A stretch of DNA of 61,942 nucleotides from Candidatus Eiseniibacteriota bacterium (GTDB taxonomy: Bacteria > Eisenbacteria > RBG-16-71-46 > SZUA-252). The notes under the pieces are model-generated. The model was not told the origin of the DNA. It was given only the letters and a program-made list of their open reading frames with translations, and did not search any database. The translations under genes were made by a program, and so were the position numbers. The stretch lies in contig JANMQV010000148.1 in NCBI GenBank assembly GCA_031370645.1, positions 1-61,942 on the forward strand, written 5' to 3'. Below are positions 1 through 8,887 of this stretch, one piece after another; the stretch's first letter is position 1; each line of letters starts with the position of its first letter.

Positions 1-720
1 CGCCTCGAGCCCCGCGAAGCAGAGCGTGCCGACGAAGTAGAGGAGCAACACCGGCCGAACCGACGGATGCGCGAAGGCATCCGAGAACGCCGTGGCGAGA
101 CCAGGCCGCGCGCGCCGCCTCGCGGCCGCCTCCGTCCGCGACTCGGGCGACAAAGACTCCGGCAGCAGGAAGAACGCAAGCACTGCCGCCATCAGCGCGA
201 ATCCCGCCGAGGCGAACGCGGGCACCGAGTAGCCCCAATGGCTCAACGCCCCGCCAATTGCCGGTCCGAAGGTGAACCCAAGCCCGAGTGCGGCGCCGAT
301 CATCCCCATCCCCTTCGTCCGTTCTTCGGGCGAGGTCGTGTCGGCGATGTACGTCTGCGCGGTTGGAAGCACAGCGCCCGCAATCCCCGCCAATATCCGC
401 GACGCGAACAGGAGCCAGAGCGAGTGCGCGAAGCCGAACACCAAATACGACCCGGACGTGACGATGAGGCTTCCGAGGAGAATCGGCCGGCGGCCGACAC
501 GATCGGAGAGCCGTCCCCAGACCGGCGCGAACAGGAACTGGAAGAACGAGAACGACGCCGACAGGAGCCCGACCACGAGCCCGCCCGCGCCGTAGGTCTT
601 CGCGTAGTAGGGGAGAATCGGAAGGAGGAGCCCGAAGCCGAGGAGGTGAATGAAGACGGTGAGAAAGAGAACGAGCCGCGGTCCAAGACCGGGGCCGCGT
701 CTTCCATCGGAGCGGGGCAT
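1..720 (-). CDS. MFS transporter, TetA/DHA1-like (runs off the window)
   Basis: Read by hand on the minus strand from ATG 720: MPRSDGRRGPGLGPRLVLFLTVFIHLLGFGLLLPILPYY...WGRLSDRVGRRPILL (MFS motif A). Absent from the ORF track because it has no stop in the window. Confidence 0.9.
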   Translation of the reverse strand, partial: MPRSDGRRGPGLGPRLVLFLTVFIHLLGFGLLLPILPYYAKTYGAGGLVVGLLSASFSFFQFLFAPVWGRLSDRVGRRPILLGSLIVTSGSYLVFGFAHSLWLLFASRILAGIAGAVLPTAQTYIADTTSPEERTKGMGMIGAALGLGFTFGPAIGGALSHWGYSVPAFASAGFALMAAVLAFFLLPESLSPESRTEAAARRRARPGLATAFSDAFAHPSVRPVLLLYFVGTLCFAGLEA

Positions 721-726
721 CCACCG

Positions 727-739
727 ATTCTACTACAAT
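727..739. promoter_or_regulatory. Back-to-back -10 hexamers of a divergent, probably leaderless promoter pair
   Basis: TAGAAT on minus (727-732) lies 6 nt before ATG 720. TACAAT on plus (734-739) lies 6 nt before ATG 746. Neither gene has an SD. Confidence 0.6.
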
Positions 740-745
740 GGAGCA

Positions 746-1393
746 ATGCCCCGTCCGCTCCCCCGATCGTTCTACGCACGCCCGACCCTCACGGTCGCGC
801 GCGAACTCCTTGGCGCCATCGTGGCGCGCCGGCTCCCCGGCGGCGAGGTCCTTCGCGGCCGAATCGTCGAGACGGAAGCGTATGTCGGAGAGGAGGACAA
901 AGCCTGCCACGCCCGCGCGGGGCGCACCCCGCGGACCGAGGTGTTGTACGGCCCGCCCGGGATCGCCTACGTCTACCTCACGTACGGCATGCACCACCTC
1001 CTGAACGCCATTGCGGAGCGGGAAGGCTTCCCGGCGGCGGTTCTTATCCGGGCAGCCGAACCTCTGGAGGGGCTACAGCGAATGGCTAAGGCCAGGGGAA
1101 CGGATCGGCCCCATCTCCTCATGAGCGGCCCCGCCAAGCTCTGCCAATCGCTCGGCCTCGACCTCCGCCACAACCGAGAGGACCTGCAAGGCGACGTCGT
1201 CTGGATCGAACCGGGCGACCCCGTCCCCGACCGGCTCGTCGCCACCTCGCCCCGCATCGGCTGCCAGACGGCCAAGCCTCCCTGGGACCTGATTCCGTGG
1301 CGAATGTTCCTCGAAGGTAATCCTTTCGTCACCCCCGGGCGCCCTGTACGGCCCCAAACTCGGGGTGGCAAAGCCCCGCGTCATCGGGAATAA
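746..1393 (+). CDS. mpg: DNA-3-methyladenine glycosylase (AAG/MPG family)
   Basis: Motifs GRIVETEAY, YVYLTYGMHH, AVLIRA, GPAKLCQ, PRIG. Start set at ATG 746. Confidence 0.95.
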   Translation: MPRPLPRSFYARPTLTVARELLGAIVARRLPGGEVLRGRIVETEAYVGEEDKACHARAGRTPRTEVLYGPPGIAYVYLTYGMHHLLNAIAEREGFPAAVLIRAAEPLEGLQRMAKARGTDRPHLLMSGPAKLCQSLGLDLRHNREDLQGDVVWIEPGDPVPDRLVATSPRIGCQTAKPPWDLIPWRMFLEGNPFVTPGRPVRPQTRGGKAPRHRE

Positions 1394-1464
1394 TCGGGGT
1401 TCCCCCCGTCGCCCTTAGGGTCGGCGGGCGTTTCAACCTAACTTCTCTTCAAGCGAGGCCGCCC

Positions 1465-2727
1465 GTGGCTGGATTCCTGAGCGAGCAAAATCTCATGTGG
1501 CGTGAGCGGGCGCGCGCGGTCGCCGATAAAGTCGTCCGTCCGCTCGCCGCGAAATACGACCGGCTCCAAGAATATCCGTGGGAGATCAAGGACGCGCTGG
1601 CCGAAGCCGGCCTCATGGGCGTCTGGATCCCGAAGGAGTACGGCGGATCGGGCGGCGGCGTCCTCGATCTCTGCATCTGCGTCGAGGAACTCTCGAAGGC
1701 CTGCGGCGGCGTCGGCGTGCTCTACGCCGTGAACGCGCTCGGCAGCTTCCCGATTCTCGTCGGCGGCACCGACGAGCAGAAGCAGCGCTTCCTCCCGGGC
1801 CTCGCGAAGGGGGAGAAGCTCATCTCCTTCGGCCTCTCCGAGAAGTTCGCCGGAAGCGACGCCGCGAGCCTTCACGCGCGCGCCCACAAAGACGGCGATC
1901 ACTGGGTTCTGAACGGCGAGAAAAAATGGAACACGAACGGCGGCGCAGCCGACATCTACTCCGTCTTTGCCGTGAGCGACCCGAACTCGAAGTCTCGCCG
2001 CATTTCGGCGTTCATCGTGGAGAAGGGAACTCCCGGATTCCGGATCGGCAAGATCGAGGACAAGATGGGGATCCGCTGCGTTCCCGTCGTGGAGCTCCAC
2101 TTCGAGAACTGCCGCATTCCCGAGAAGAATCTCCTCGGCGGCATTCCCGGGCACGGCTTCAGGCATGCCATGCAGACCCTCGACCGCGCGCGCCCCGGCG
2201 TGGCGGCGCAGGGAATGGGACTCGCGGCCGGCGCGCTCGAGTTCGCGACCGTCTATGCGGGCTTCCGCGAACAGTTCGACGCGCCGATCATCTCCTTCCA
2301 GATGATTCAGGCGATGCTCGCCGACATGGCGACTCGCGTGGAAGCATCGCGGCACTTGATCTACGCCGCCGCGAAGGCCGTGGACGAGGGGGCTCCGAAC
2401 GTCTCGAAGCTAGCCGCCATGTGCAAGCTCTTCGCCACCGACACGGCGATGCAGGTGACCACCGACGCCGTCCAGATCTTCGGCGGCTACGGCTACATGA
2501 AGGACTATCCAATCGAGAAGTACATGCGCGACGCGAAGATCACCCAGATCTACGAGGGGACCAACCAGGTCCAGCGCCTAGTGGTCACGCGGTCGCTCAT
2601 CAAGGAGTCGCACAGCCTCAAGTACCTGCTCGATTACGTTCCGAAGGAGACCCAACAGGGCGTGAACGATCCCGAGACGCTCGCGAAGAAGGCGGCCATC
2701 GCGCCGCCGGAGACCGCGACGGCTTAG
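1465..2727 (+). CDS. Acyl-CoA dehydrogenase
   Basis: Motifs LSEKFAGSD, LNGEKKW, KMGIR, REQF, QIFGGYGYMKDYPIEKYMRDAKITQIYEGT. Confidence 0.95.
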   Translation: MAGFLSEQNLMWRERARAVADKVVRPLAAKYDRLQEYPWEIKDALAEAGLMGVWIPKEYGGSGGGVLDLCICVEELSKACGGVGVLYAVNALGSFPILVGGTDEQKQRFLPGLAKGEKLISFGLSEKFAGSDAASLHARAHKDGDHWVLNGEKKWNTNGGAADIYSVFAVSDPNSKSRRISAFIVEKGTPGFRIGKIEDKMGIRCVPVVELHFENCRIPEKNLLGGIPGHGFRHAMQTLDRARPGVAAQGMGLAAGALEFATVYAGFREQFDAPIISFQMIQAMLADMATRVEASRHLIYAAAKAVDEGAPNVSKLAAMCKLFATDTAMQVTTDAVQIFGGYGYMKDYPIEKYMRDAKITQIYEGTNQVQRLVVTRSLIKESHSLKYLLDYVPKETQQGVNDPETLAKKAAIAPPETATA

Positions 2728-2747
2728 GTCTCGCCCGGAGACCGTCC

Positions 2748-3227
2748 ATGACCGCTACGATGACGATACTGACGCCGATCAAGGTCGGGGAAATGGCTCC
2801 CGACTTCACGTTGAAGGATCAGAGCGGCAACCTCGTAACGCTCTCCTCGTATCGGGGGAAGCGGAACGTCGTGCTTGTCTTCTATCCGCTCTCCTTCACG
2901 AGTGTCTGCAGCGTTCAAATGCCGACTTATAGCAGGGAACGGCAACGCTTCGAGGACTACGACGCCGAAGTTCTCGGTATCTCCATCGACTCTTCAGCCG
3001 TGCACAAGGCGTTCGCCGAGAGCGTCGGCGTCGAGTACCCGCTCCTGGCGGACTTCTATCCGCACGGCGGAGTGGCGAAGGCATACGGCGTGCTTCGCGC
3101 CGAGGGGTTCGCCGAGCGGTCGACGTTCGTGATCGACAAGCAGGGCCTCGTGCGCTACGCCGAGGTTCACGATTTCGGCAGAGTGCCCGATCGCACCAAG
3201 GCCCTCGAAGCATTGAGCGATCTCTGA
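2748..3227 (+). CDS. Peroxiredoxin (AhpE/AhpC-TSA family, single Cys)
   Basis: APDFTL, VFYPLSFTSVC (PxxxTxxC), ERSTFVID. Start at ATG 2748. Confidence 0.92.
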   Translation: MTATMTILTPIKVGEMAPDFTLKDQSGNLVTLSSYRGKRNVVLVFYPLSFTSVCSVQMPTYSRERQRFEDYDAEVLGISIDSSAVHKAFAESVGVEYPLLADFYPHGGVAKAYGVLRAEGFAERSTFVIDKQGLVRYAEVHDFGRVPDRTKALEALSDL

Positions 3228-4033
3228 TGATGCGGCGCTCGCTCGTGGTTCTCCTCTTCTCGCTACTGCTCGGCGAGACGGCGATTCCTTCGCCTCACGC
3301 CCTTGCTTCATCCGTGCCGCAAGCGGCCGACATCGACGCCGAAAGTGCGCCGATCGTTCAGGCTTTGAACAACGCGATGGGCGGCCAGCAGACCTGGGAC
3401 CGCCTCCCTTGCCTCCGATTCGATTTCGTCGCCGTGCGGGACGGGAAGGAAGTCGCGCGCTTTCGCCACTGGTGGGACAAGCGAAACGGCCGCTGCCGCG
3501 TGGAAGGGCCCGACGATAAGGGGAAGATGGTTGTCGCCATCTTCACGCTCGCCGACAAGAAGGGCTCCGCCTTTATCGACGGGATCGGCGTGAGCGACGC
3601 GGCGCAAGTGGCTGCCGCGGTCCAGAACGGTTACGAGCGCTGGGTGAACGACACCTACTGGTTCATGATGCCGTTCAAGCTCCACGACCCCGGCGTGCGG
3701 ATCCGCTACTCCCGGAACGAACGGACGCTCGAGACCGTTTACGATGTCCTGGAACTCACCTTCGTCCCCGGCACCGGCCTTACGTCGGATGATCACTATT
3801 GGCTCTACGTGAATCGGAAGTCCCACCTGATCGACCGCTGGGAGTTTGTCCTCACGGGCCAGAAACCTCCCCCCTCAGGCTCCTCGTGGGAGGCCTGGAC
3901 TTCGATCGGCCCCGTGAAGCTCTCGCTGCAGAGACGCATTCAGGGGAAGCCGGTCATGCTCCGCTTCGAAAATGCCGCTGTACCGGCCTCTTTCGATGAG
4001 AGCGTCTTCAAATTCTCGACCGTTCGGAACTAG
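3227..4033 (+). CDS. Secreted hypothetical protein
   Basis: N-terminal signal-like segment, WVNDTYWFMMPFKLHDPGV motif and a beta-rich body. Start overlaps the peroxiredoxin stop (TGATG). Confidence 0.75.
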   Translation: MMRRSLVVLLFSLLLGETAIPSPHALASSVPQAADIDAESAPIVQALNNAMGGQQTWDRLPCLRFDFVAVRDGKEVARFRHWWDKRNGRCRVEGPDDKGKMVVAIFTLADKKGSAFIDGIGVSDAAQVAAAVQNGYERWVNDTYWFMMPFKLHDPGVRIRYSRNERTLETVYDVLELTFVPGTGLTSDDHYWLYVNRKSHLIDRWEFVLTGQKPPPSGSSWEAWTSIGPVKLSLQRRIQGKPVMLRFENAAVPASFDESVFKFSTVRN

Positions 4034-4164
4034 ACCCCTCCGCCCGACTTGAACCGCGAGCCCATTGCCGGTAGGATGCCGCGCAACGAAGCGGCGGGAT
4101 GCCCGTGCTCCGCGCGGTCCAAATTTCCGCTAAGATTCTGTATTACAACTAGATAGGGGGTCTC

Positions 4165-5094
4165 GTGTCTCCGAAGAGCGCCGGCAAGGGTGCGGGGAAG
4201 CAGAAAGCGAAGGCTCCCCCGAAGGGTAAGGTGAAGAAGGTGGCCCCAGCGTCGGCACGGAAACCAGTGATGAAATCGGTCAAGCCAGTGGCCAAGAAGG
4301 GACCGAAGCCCGCCGCCAAGGCGGTTCCGGCCAGGTCCCTTTTCAACAAGGGTCGGCCAGCCGCGCCGGCGAAGCCCCTCGCGAAGTCCTCCGCCAAGCC
4401 TCTCGTAAAGGTGGCGGCCCCCAAGGGCGCCCCCGCTCCGATCGGCAAGTTCGGCAGAAAGGGGAAGGCGGGAGCCAAGGGCGGCTCCGGTCACGGAGCG
4501 GAAGGCGGGCACGACCAGGTCGGCCTAGAATTCGAAATGGTCGAGGCGCCGATTCCGGTCGTGGTCCACGAACCACCGATCCCCACCCCTTCGCGCCGGA
4601 AGCCGAAGCCCGGCTCCCCCGATTGGCCGGGTGAAGGACTCACGGTCGGCATGGAAGCACCCGCCTTCTCGCTTCCAAGCACGCTCGGACGAAAGGTGAC
4701 GCTTGCCGAATTCCGGGGCACTCGCGTCGTCCTCTACTTCTATCCCAAGGACGATACGCCCGGTTGCACCATGGAGGCGTGCGCCTTCCGCGACAACATG
4801 TCGCGCATCACGTCGAAGGACGCCGTCGTGCTCGGCATCAGCCTCGACGACGAACTGAGCCATCAGCGATTCGCACAGAAATACAATCTCCAGTTCCCGC
4901 TCCTCTCCGACGTCGACGCCTCCATCTGTCGGCGCTACGGCACGTACAAGGAGAAGAGTCTCTACGGGCGGTCGTTCTGGGGAGTCGAGCGCACGACCTT
5001 CGTGATCGACCGGGAGGGAAAGGTGGAAAACGTCTTCCGTCGCGTGAAGGTCGAAGGCCATGCCGACGAGGTACTCGCGACGCTTTCCGTCTAG
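4165..5094 (+). CDS. bcp: Thioredoxin-dependent thiol peroxidase BCP with Lys/Ala/Pro-rich N-terminal extension
   Basis: YFYPKDDTPGCTMEACAFRD is the BCP signature. The first ~105 aa are K/A/P-rich. SD-like AGGGGG precedes the GTG. Confidence 0.9.
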   Translation: MSPKSAGKGAGKQKAKAPPKGKVKKVAPASARKPVMKSVKPVAKKGPKPAAKAVPARSLFNKGRPAAPAKPLAKSSAKPLVKVAAPKGAPAPIGKFGRKGKAGAKGGSGHGAEGGHDQVGLEFEMVEAPIPVVVHEPPIPTPSRRKPKPGSPDWPGEGLTVGMEAPAFSLPSTLGRKVTLAEFRGTRVVLYFYPKDDTPGCTMEACAFRDNMSRITSKDAVVLGISLDDELSHQRFAQKYNLQFPLLSDVDASICRRYGTYKEKSLYGRSFWGVERTTFVIDREGKVENVFRRVKVEGHADEVLATLSV

Positions 5095-5095
5095 C

Positions 5096-6538
5096 GTGCG
5101 CCGCACCAAGATCGTCGCCACCCTCGGGCCCGCTTCCTCCACGCCCGCCGTCCTCGCGCGGATGATCCGCGCCGGGCTCGACGTGGCGCGGCTCAACTTC
5201 TCCCATGGAACGAGCGCCGATCATTCGCGCGCCTTCCGACTCGTCCGCTCTGCGTCAGCCCGCGCCGGGAAAAACGTCGGTATCCTCCTCGATCTGCAGG
5301 GTCCACGCATCCGCGTGGGCGAGATCGAGGGTGGCTCCGCCCGCGTGGCGAACGGGAAGGAGATCGTCCTCACGACCCGGCGCGTTCTCGGGGACGCCAC
5401 GCATATTCCGATTTCCTACCCCGAACTGCTTCGCGACGTCCAAGCCGGGGACCGCGTCCTGATCGACGACGGGCTCGTGGAGCTCCGCGTGACCGCGCGC
5501 GTGCGGGGAGGGCTTCGCGCTCGCGTGATTCGCGGCGGAGTGATCGCCGACCACAAGGGAGTGAATTTCCCCGGTGTGCGTCTCGGCGTTCCGGCGCTGA
5601 CCGCGAAAGACCGCCACGACCTCAAACTCGGACTCGAGCTAGGGGTCGATTACGTGGCGCTTTCGTTCGTTCGCGGCCCCGATGACATCGTGGGGCTCAG
5701 GCGCCTGATGCGCGGCGTGAAGCATCAGCCGCTCGTGATCGCGAAGATCGAGCGGCGGGAGGCGATCGAGAATCTCGAGGCGATCTTGGACGTCGCCGAC
5801 GGCGTCATGGTGGCGCGCGGCGACTTGGGTGTGGAGTATCCGACCGAGCGCGTGCCGATCTTGCAAAAACGAATCATCGACCGCGCGAATCGGCGCGAAG
5901 TGCTCGTCATCACGGCGACACAGATGCTCGAGTCGATGGTTCACGCGAGCCGCCCCACTCGGGCCGAAGCCTCCGACGTGGCGAACGCGATCTTCGACGG
6001 CACGGACGCGGTCATGCTTAGCGCCGAGACCGCGGTCGGGCGCTACCCCGACGCCGCGATCGCGACGATGGCCAAAATCGCCTCCGAGGCGGACGAATTC
6101 TCCGCCACGACGCGCATGCCGCGCCGTTCCGACGGCTCGACCCTGATTTCCCCGACCCACGCGCTCGCGCACACGGCCTATCAGGCGGCGCGGGAAATCC
6201 GCGCTCGCTCGCTCGTCGTCTTCACCCATTCCGGATATTCCGCGCGACTGGTGAGCAAGTCGAGGCCGGCTCAGACGATTCTCGCGCTCTCGCCGCTTCG
6301 CTCCACCTGCCGCCGTCTCTCCCTCGCGTGGGGTGTGGTGCCGATCGAGGTGCCGATGTGGCGAACGGCTGGAGGGATGGTGGAGGCCGGGTTACGGCTT
6401 CTCATCCGCATGAAGGTCCTCCGGAAGGGGGACTGGGTGGTGGCCATGGCAGGGACCACGACCCGGTCGGGCGGCACGAATCTGCTCCGCATCCTGCAAC
6501 AGGGGCGCCCTCCTGACCGCCCTCCCGGGGCCCGTTGA
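5096..6538 (+). CDS. pyk: Pyruvate kinase
   Basis: TKIVATLGP, RLNFSHG, DLQGP, AKIE, MVARGDLGVE, ATQMLESM, DAVMLSAET. GTG start at 5096. Confidence 0.97.
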   Translation: MRRTKIVATLGPASSTPAVLARMIRAGLDVARLNFSHGTSADHSRAFRLVRSASARAGKNVGILLDLQGPRIRVGEIEGGSARVANGKEIVLTTRRVLGDATHIPISYPELLRDVQAGDRVLIDDGLVELRVTARVRGGLRARVIRGGVIADHKGVNFPGVRLGVPALTAKDRHDLKLGLELGVDYVALSFVRGPDDIVGLRRLMRGVKHQPLVIAKIERREAIENLEAILDVADGVMVARGDLGVEYPTERVPILQKRIIDRANRREVLVITATQMLESMVHASRPTRAEASDVANAIFDGTDAVMLSAETAVGRYPDAAIATMAKIASEADEFSATTRMPRRSDGSTLISPTHALAHTAYQAAREIRARSLVVFTHSGYSARLVSKSRPAQTILALSPLRSTCRRLSLAWGVVPIEVPMWRTAGGMVEAGLRLLIRMKVLRKGDWVVAMAGTTTRSGGTNLLRILQQGRPPDRPPGAR

Positions 6539-6564
6539 CAGGCGGCCCAACCAGCCCGTAAACT
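6535..6564 (+). promoter_or_regulatory. sigma70-like promoter upstream of the IscA/HesB gene
   Basis: TTGACA (6535-6540), 18-nt spacer, TAAACT (6559-6564). Confidence 0.55.
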
Positions 6565-6688
6565 TAACGTTAGATAAGAGCGCATCTTCGAGGCTCGGCT
6601 CGCATCTCAATAGTTTAGGCACGCGGTTTGCAGGTCTCCGCGGCGGAGCCCGAGAAAGACATCGGTAGAACCGGAGGATCCTAAAGTC

Positions 6689-7096
6689 ATGGTCACCCTG
6701 AGCGAAAAGGCTGCTTCCGAACTCAAGTCCATCATGGATCAGAATGGGGGCACGTTCGTTGGCGTCCGCGTTTTCGTGGCCGGCGGCGGCTGCTCCGGTC
6801 TCCAATACGGCATGCAGATCGCCGACGAGGCGCCCTCGGCCGAGGACTTGGTCTTCGAACACGACGGCGTGAAGGTCATCGTCGACAATCAGAGCCACCA
6901 GCACCTCGAGGGCGCGTCGATCGACTTCGACGACTCGCTTCAGGGTGGCGGCTTCAAGATCAACAACCCGAACGCGGTCAAGTCATGCGGCTGCGGCAAC
7001 TCCTTCTCGAGCGGCGAGGAAGAGGGAGCCCAGGGCGGCGGCTGCGGAAGCGGCGGCGGCGGCGGCGGCGGCGGGTGCGGCTGCGGAGGCCACTAG
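6689..7096 (+). CDS. A-type Fe-S cluster carrier (IscA/ErpA/HesB family)
   Basis: GGGCSGLQY and NPNAVKSCGCGNSF motifs; Gly/Cys-rich tail. Confidence 0.95.
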   Translation: MVTLSEKAASELKSIMDQNGGTFVGVRVFVAGGGCSGLQYGMQIADEAPSAEDLVFEHDGVKVIVDNQSHQHLEGASIDFDDSLQGGGFKINNPNAVKSCGCGNSFSSGEEEGAQGGGCGSGGGGGGGGCGCGGH

Positions 7097-7124
7097 GCTC
7101 CAGGCGATTCGAACGGTAGACTCG

Positions 7125-7160
7125 ACCGGCGTTCCGGAAACGGAGCGCCGGTTTTCATTT
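7125..7160 (+). terminator. Intrinsic terminator
   Basis: ACCGGCGTTCCG-GAAA-CGGAGCGCCGGT hairpin followed by TTTCATTT. Confidence 0.7.
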
Positions 7161-7217
7161 GCCCGGCGCGGTGGTTGGAAACTCGGTGCCGCGCGCCGTG
7201 CGGACTCGAGGAGGCAG

Positions 7218-7523
7218 ATGGCGGCGTATCACCGAGTGGCGAAGAGCGCCGATGTCGTCGCGGGGAAAGGGACGATTGTCGCGGTGAATGAATTGAAGAT
7301 CGCGCTTTTCCGCGTGGAGGGAACGGTCTACGCCATTCGGAACCAATGCGCTCACATGGGCGGCAACCTGGGCGATGGATCGATCGAGGGGGACGTCGTA
7401 ACCTGCCCCGATCACGGATGGCCCTTCAGCGTGAAAACCGGCCAGCATCCGCAAGCGCCTGTCGTGGCGGTCCGCACGTTCCCGGTGAAGGAAGAGGGAG
7501 ACGCGATCTATGTCGAGGTCTGA
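7218..7523 (+). CDS. Rieske [2Fe-2S] ferredoxin (NirD/dioxygenase ferredoxin-like)
   Basis: CAH...CPDH Rieske ligands; SD GAGGAGG before ATG 7218. Confidence 0.9.
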   Translation: MAAYHRVAKSADVVAGKGTIVAVNELKIALFRVEGTVYAIRNQCAHMGGNLGDGSIEGDVVTCPDHGWPFSVKTGQHPQAPVVAVRTFPVKEEGDAIYVEV

Positions 7524-8850
7524 GGCGGGCGCCGCGGGCACCGCGGGCGCTGAAGCAGCGGCGGCAGTCGGCGGCACCTTCAACGTAGAGGCCGCGAGGC
7601 GCCGCTTCCCGGCGCTCCGGGCACCGGGCGCGCCGATCTTCTTCGACAATGCCGCCGGCGCTCAGGTGCCGGACGAAGTCGTGGCGGCCGTTCGCGAGCA
7701 CATGGAATCGCGAAACGTGCAGCGCGGCGGCCGCTACGATCGCTCGCTCGCCGTGGACGCCGTCATCGCCGCCACGCGTCGCCGCCTCGCCGCCTTTCTA
7801 AACGCCGCGTCTCCGGAGGAGATCTACTTCGGCCAGAACGCCACCTCGGTGATGCGGACGGCGGCCGAGGCGATCCGTCCGCAGCTTCGGCCGGGGGATC
7901 GGGTCGTGATGACCGAGCTCGACCACGAGGCGAATGTCGGCCCGTGGCTTCGCCTCGAACGAAGCGGCGCGGAGCCGCGCTGGTGGAAGACGCGCGGCGG
8001 CGCCGAGGCTCGGCTTGAACTGGATGACTTGGCGGCCATTCTCCGCGAGGGCCGCGTGCGGCTCGTGGCGCTTCCGCTCGCGTCGAACACGAGCGGACGC
8101 CTGGTGGACGTGGCGGCAGCCGCGCGGCTCGCGCGCGAGCATGGCGCTTGGACCTTCGTCGATGCCGTTCACTTCGGCCCGCACGGGCCGATCGACGTCC
8201 AAGCGCTCGGCGCCGATTTCCTCGCGTTTTCGGGCTACAAGATCTTCGGACCCCACATCGGATTCCTTTGGGGGCGGCGGGATCTGCTGAACGCGCTCGA
8301 ACCGGCGAGGGAGTTCTTTATCCCGGCGACCACCCCTTACGCCTTCGAATCGGGAACGCAGAACTTTGAAGGGATGGCGGGGCTATCGGCCGCCCTGCAC
8401 TACCTCGCGACAGCCGAGATACCAGAGGCGCGAGAGGCGCCGGCGCACGTTTCGATCGAATCGTGCGACGAGCGGGAGGCTGCCGCACTTCACGCATCGC
8501 TCGCGCTCGGCATGTCGCGCATCCGCGCCTACGAAATCGACCTCGCCGCGCGCCTTCTCACCGTACTTCGGGAAAGGCCTGGTATCTCGATCCTCGGCGA
8601 TCCCGACCCCGCCCACGCCACCACGCGCCTCCCGACCGTCTCCTTTACGATGAAGGGGAAGAGTGCCGCGGCCATCGTCGATCGCCTTGCGACCCACGGC
8701 ATTCAATCCCGAGAGGGACATATGTACGCGCCCCGGCTCCTCCGCGCCGCCGGGTTCGATCCCGATGCCGGCGTGGCGCGCGTGAGCCTCTGCCACTACA
8801 ACACCACCGCCGAGATCGAGCAGTTCGCGGAAGCGCTCCGCCTCCTCTAG
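7510..8850 (+). CDS. Class V aminotransferase / cysteine desulfurase-like protein
   Basis: FFDNAAG, LDHEAN, VDAVH, FSGYK (PLP lysine), ARVSLCHYNT. The SufS RxGHHCA loop reads REGHMYA. Confidence 0.88.
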   Translation: MSRSEAGAAGTAGAEAAAAVGGTFNVEAARRRFPALRAPGAPIFFDNAAGAQVPDEVVAAVREHMESRNVQRGGRYDRSLAVDAVIAATRRRLAAFLNAASPEEIYFGQNATSVMRTAAEAIRPQLRPGDRVVMTELDHEANVGPWLRLERSGAEPRWWKTRGGAEARLELDDLAAILREGRVRLVALPLASNTSGRLVDVAAAARLAREHGAWTFVDAVHFGPHGPIDVQALGADFLAFSGYKIFGPHIGFLWGRRDLLNALEPAREFFIPATTPYAFESGTQNFEGMAGLSAALHYLATAEIPEAREAPAHVSIESCDEREAAALHASLALGMSRIRAYEIDLAARLLTVLRERPGISILGDPDPAHATTRLPTVSFTMKGKSAAAIVDRLATHGIQSREGHMYAPRLLRAAGFDPDAGVARVSLCHYNTTAEIEQFAEALRLL

Positions 8851-8887
8851 CATGGGCACCGGCGCGGGAGCCTAGCGGCGCGGGGCG

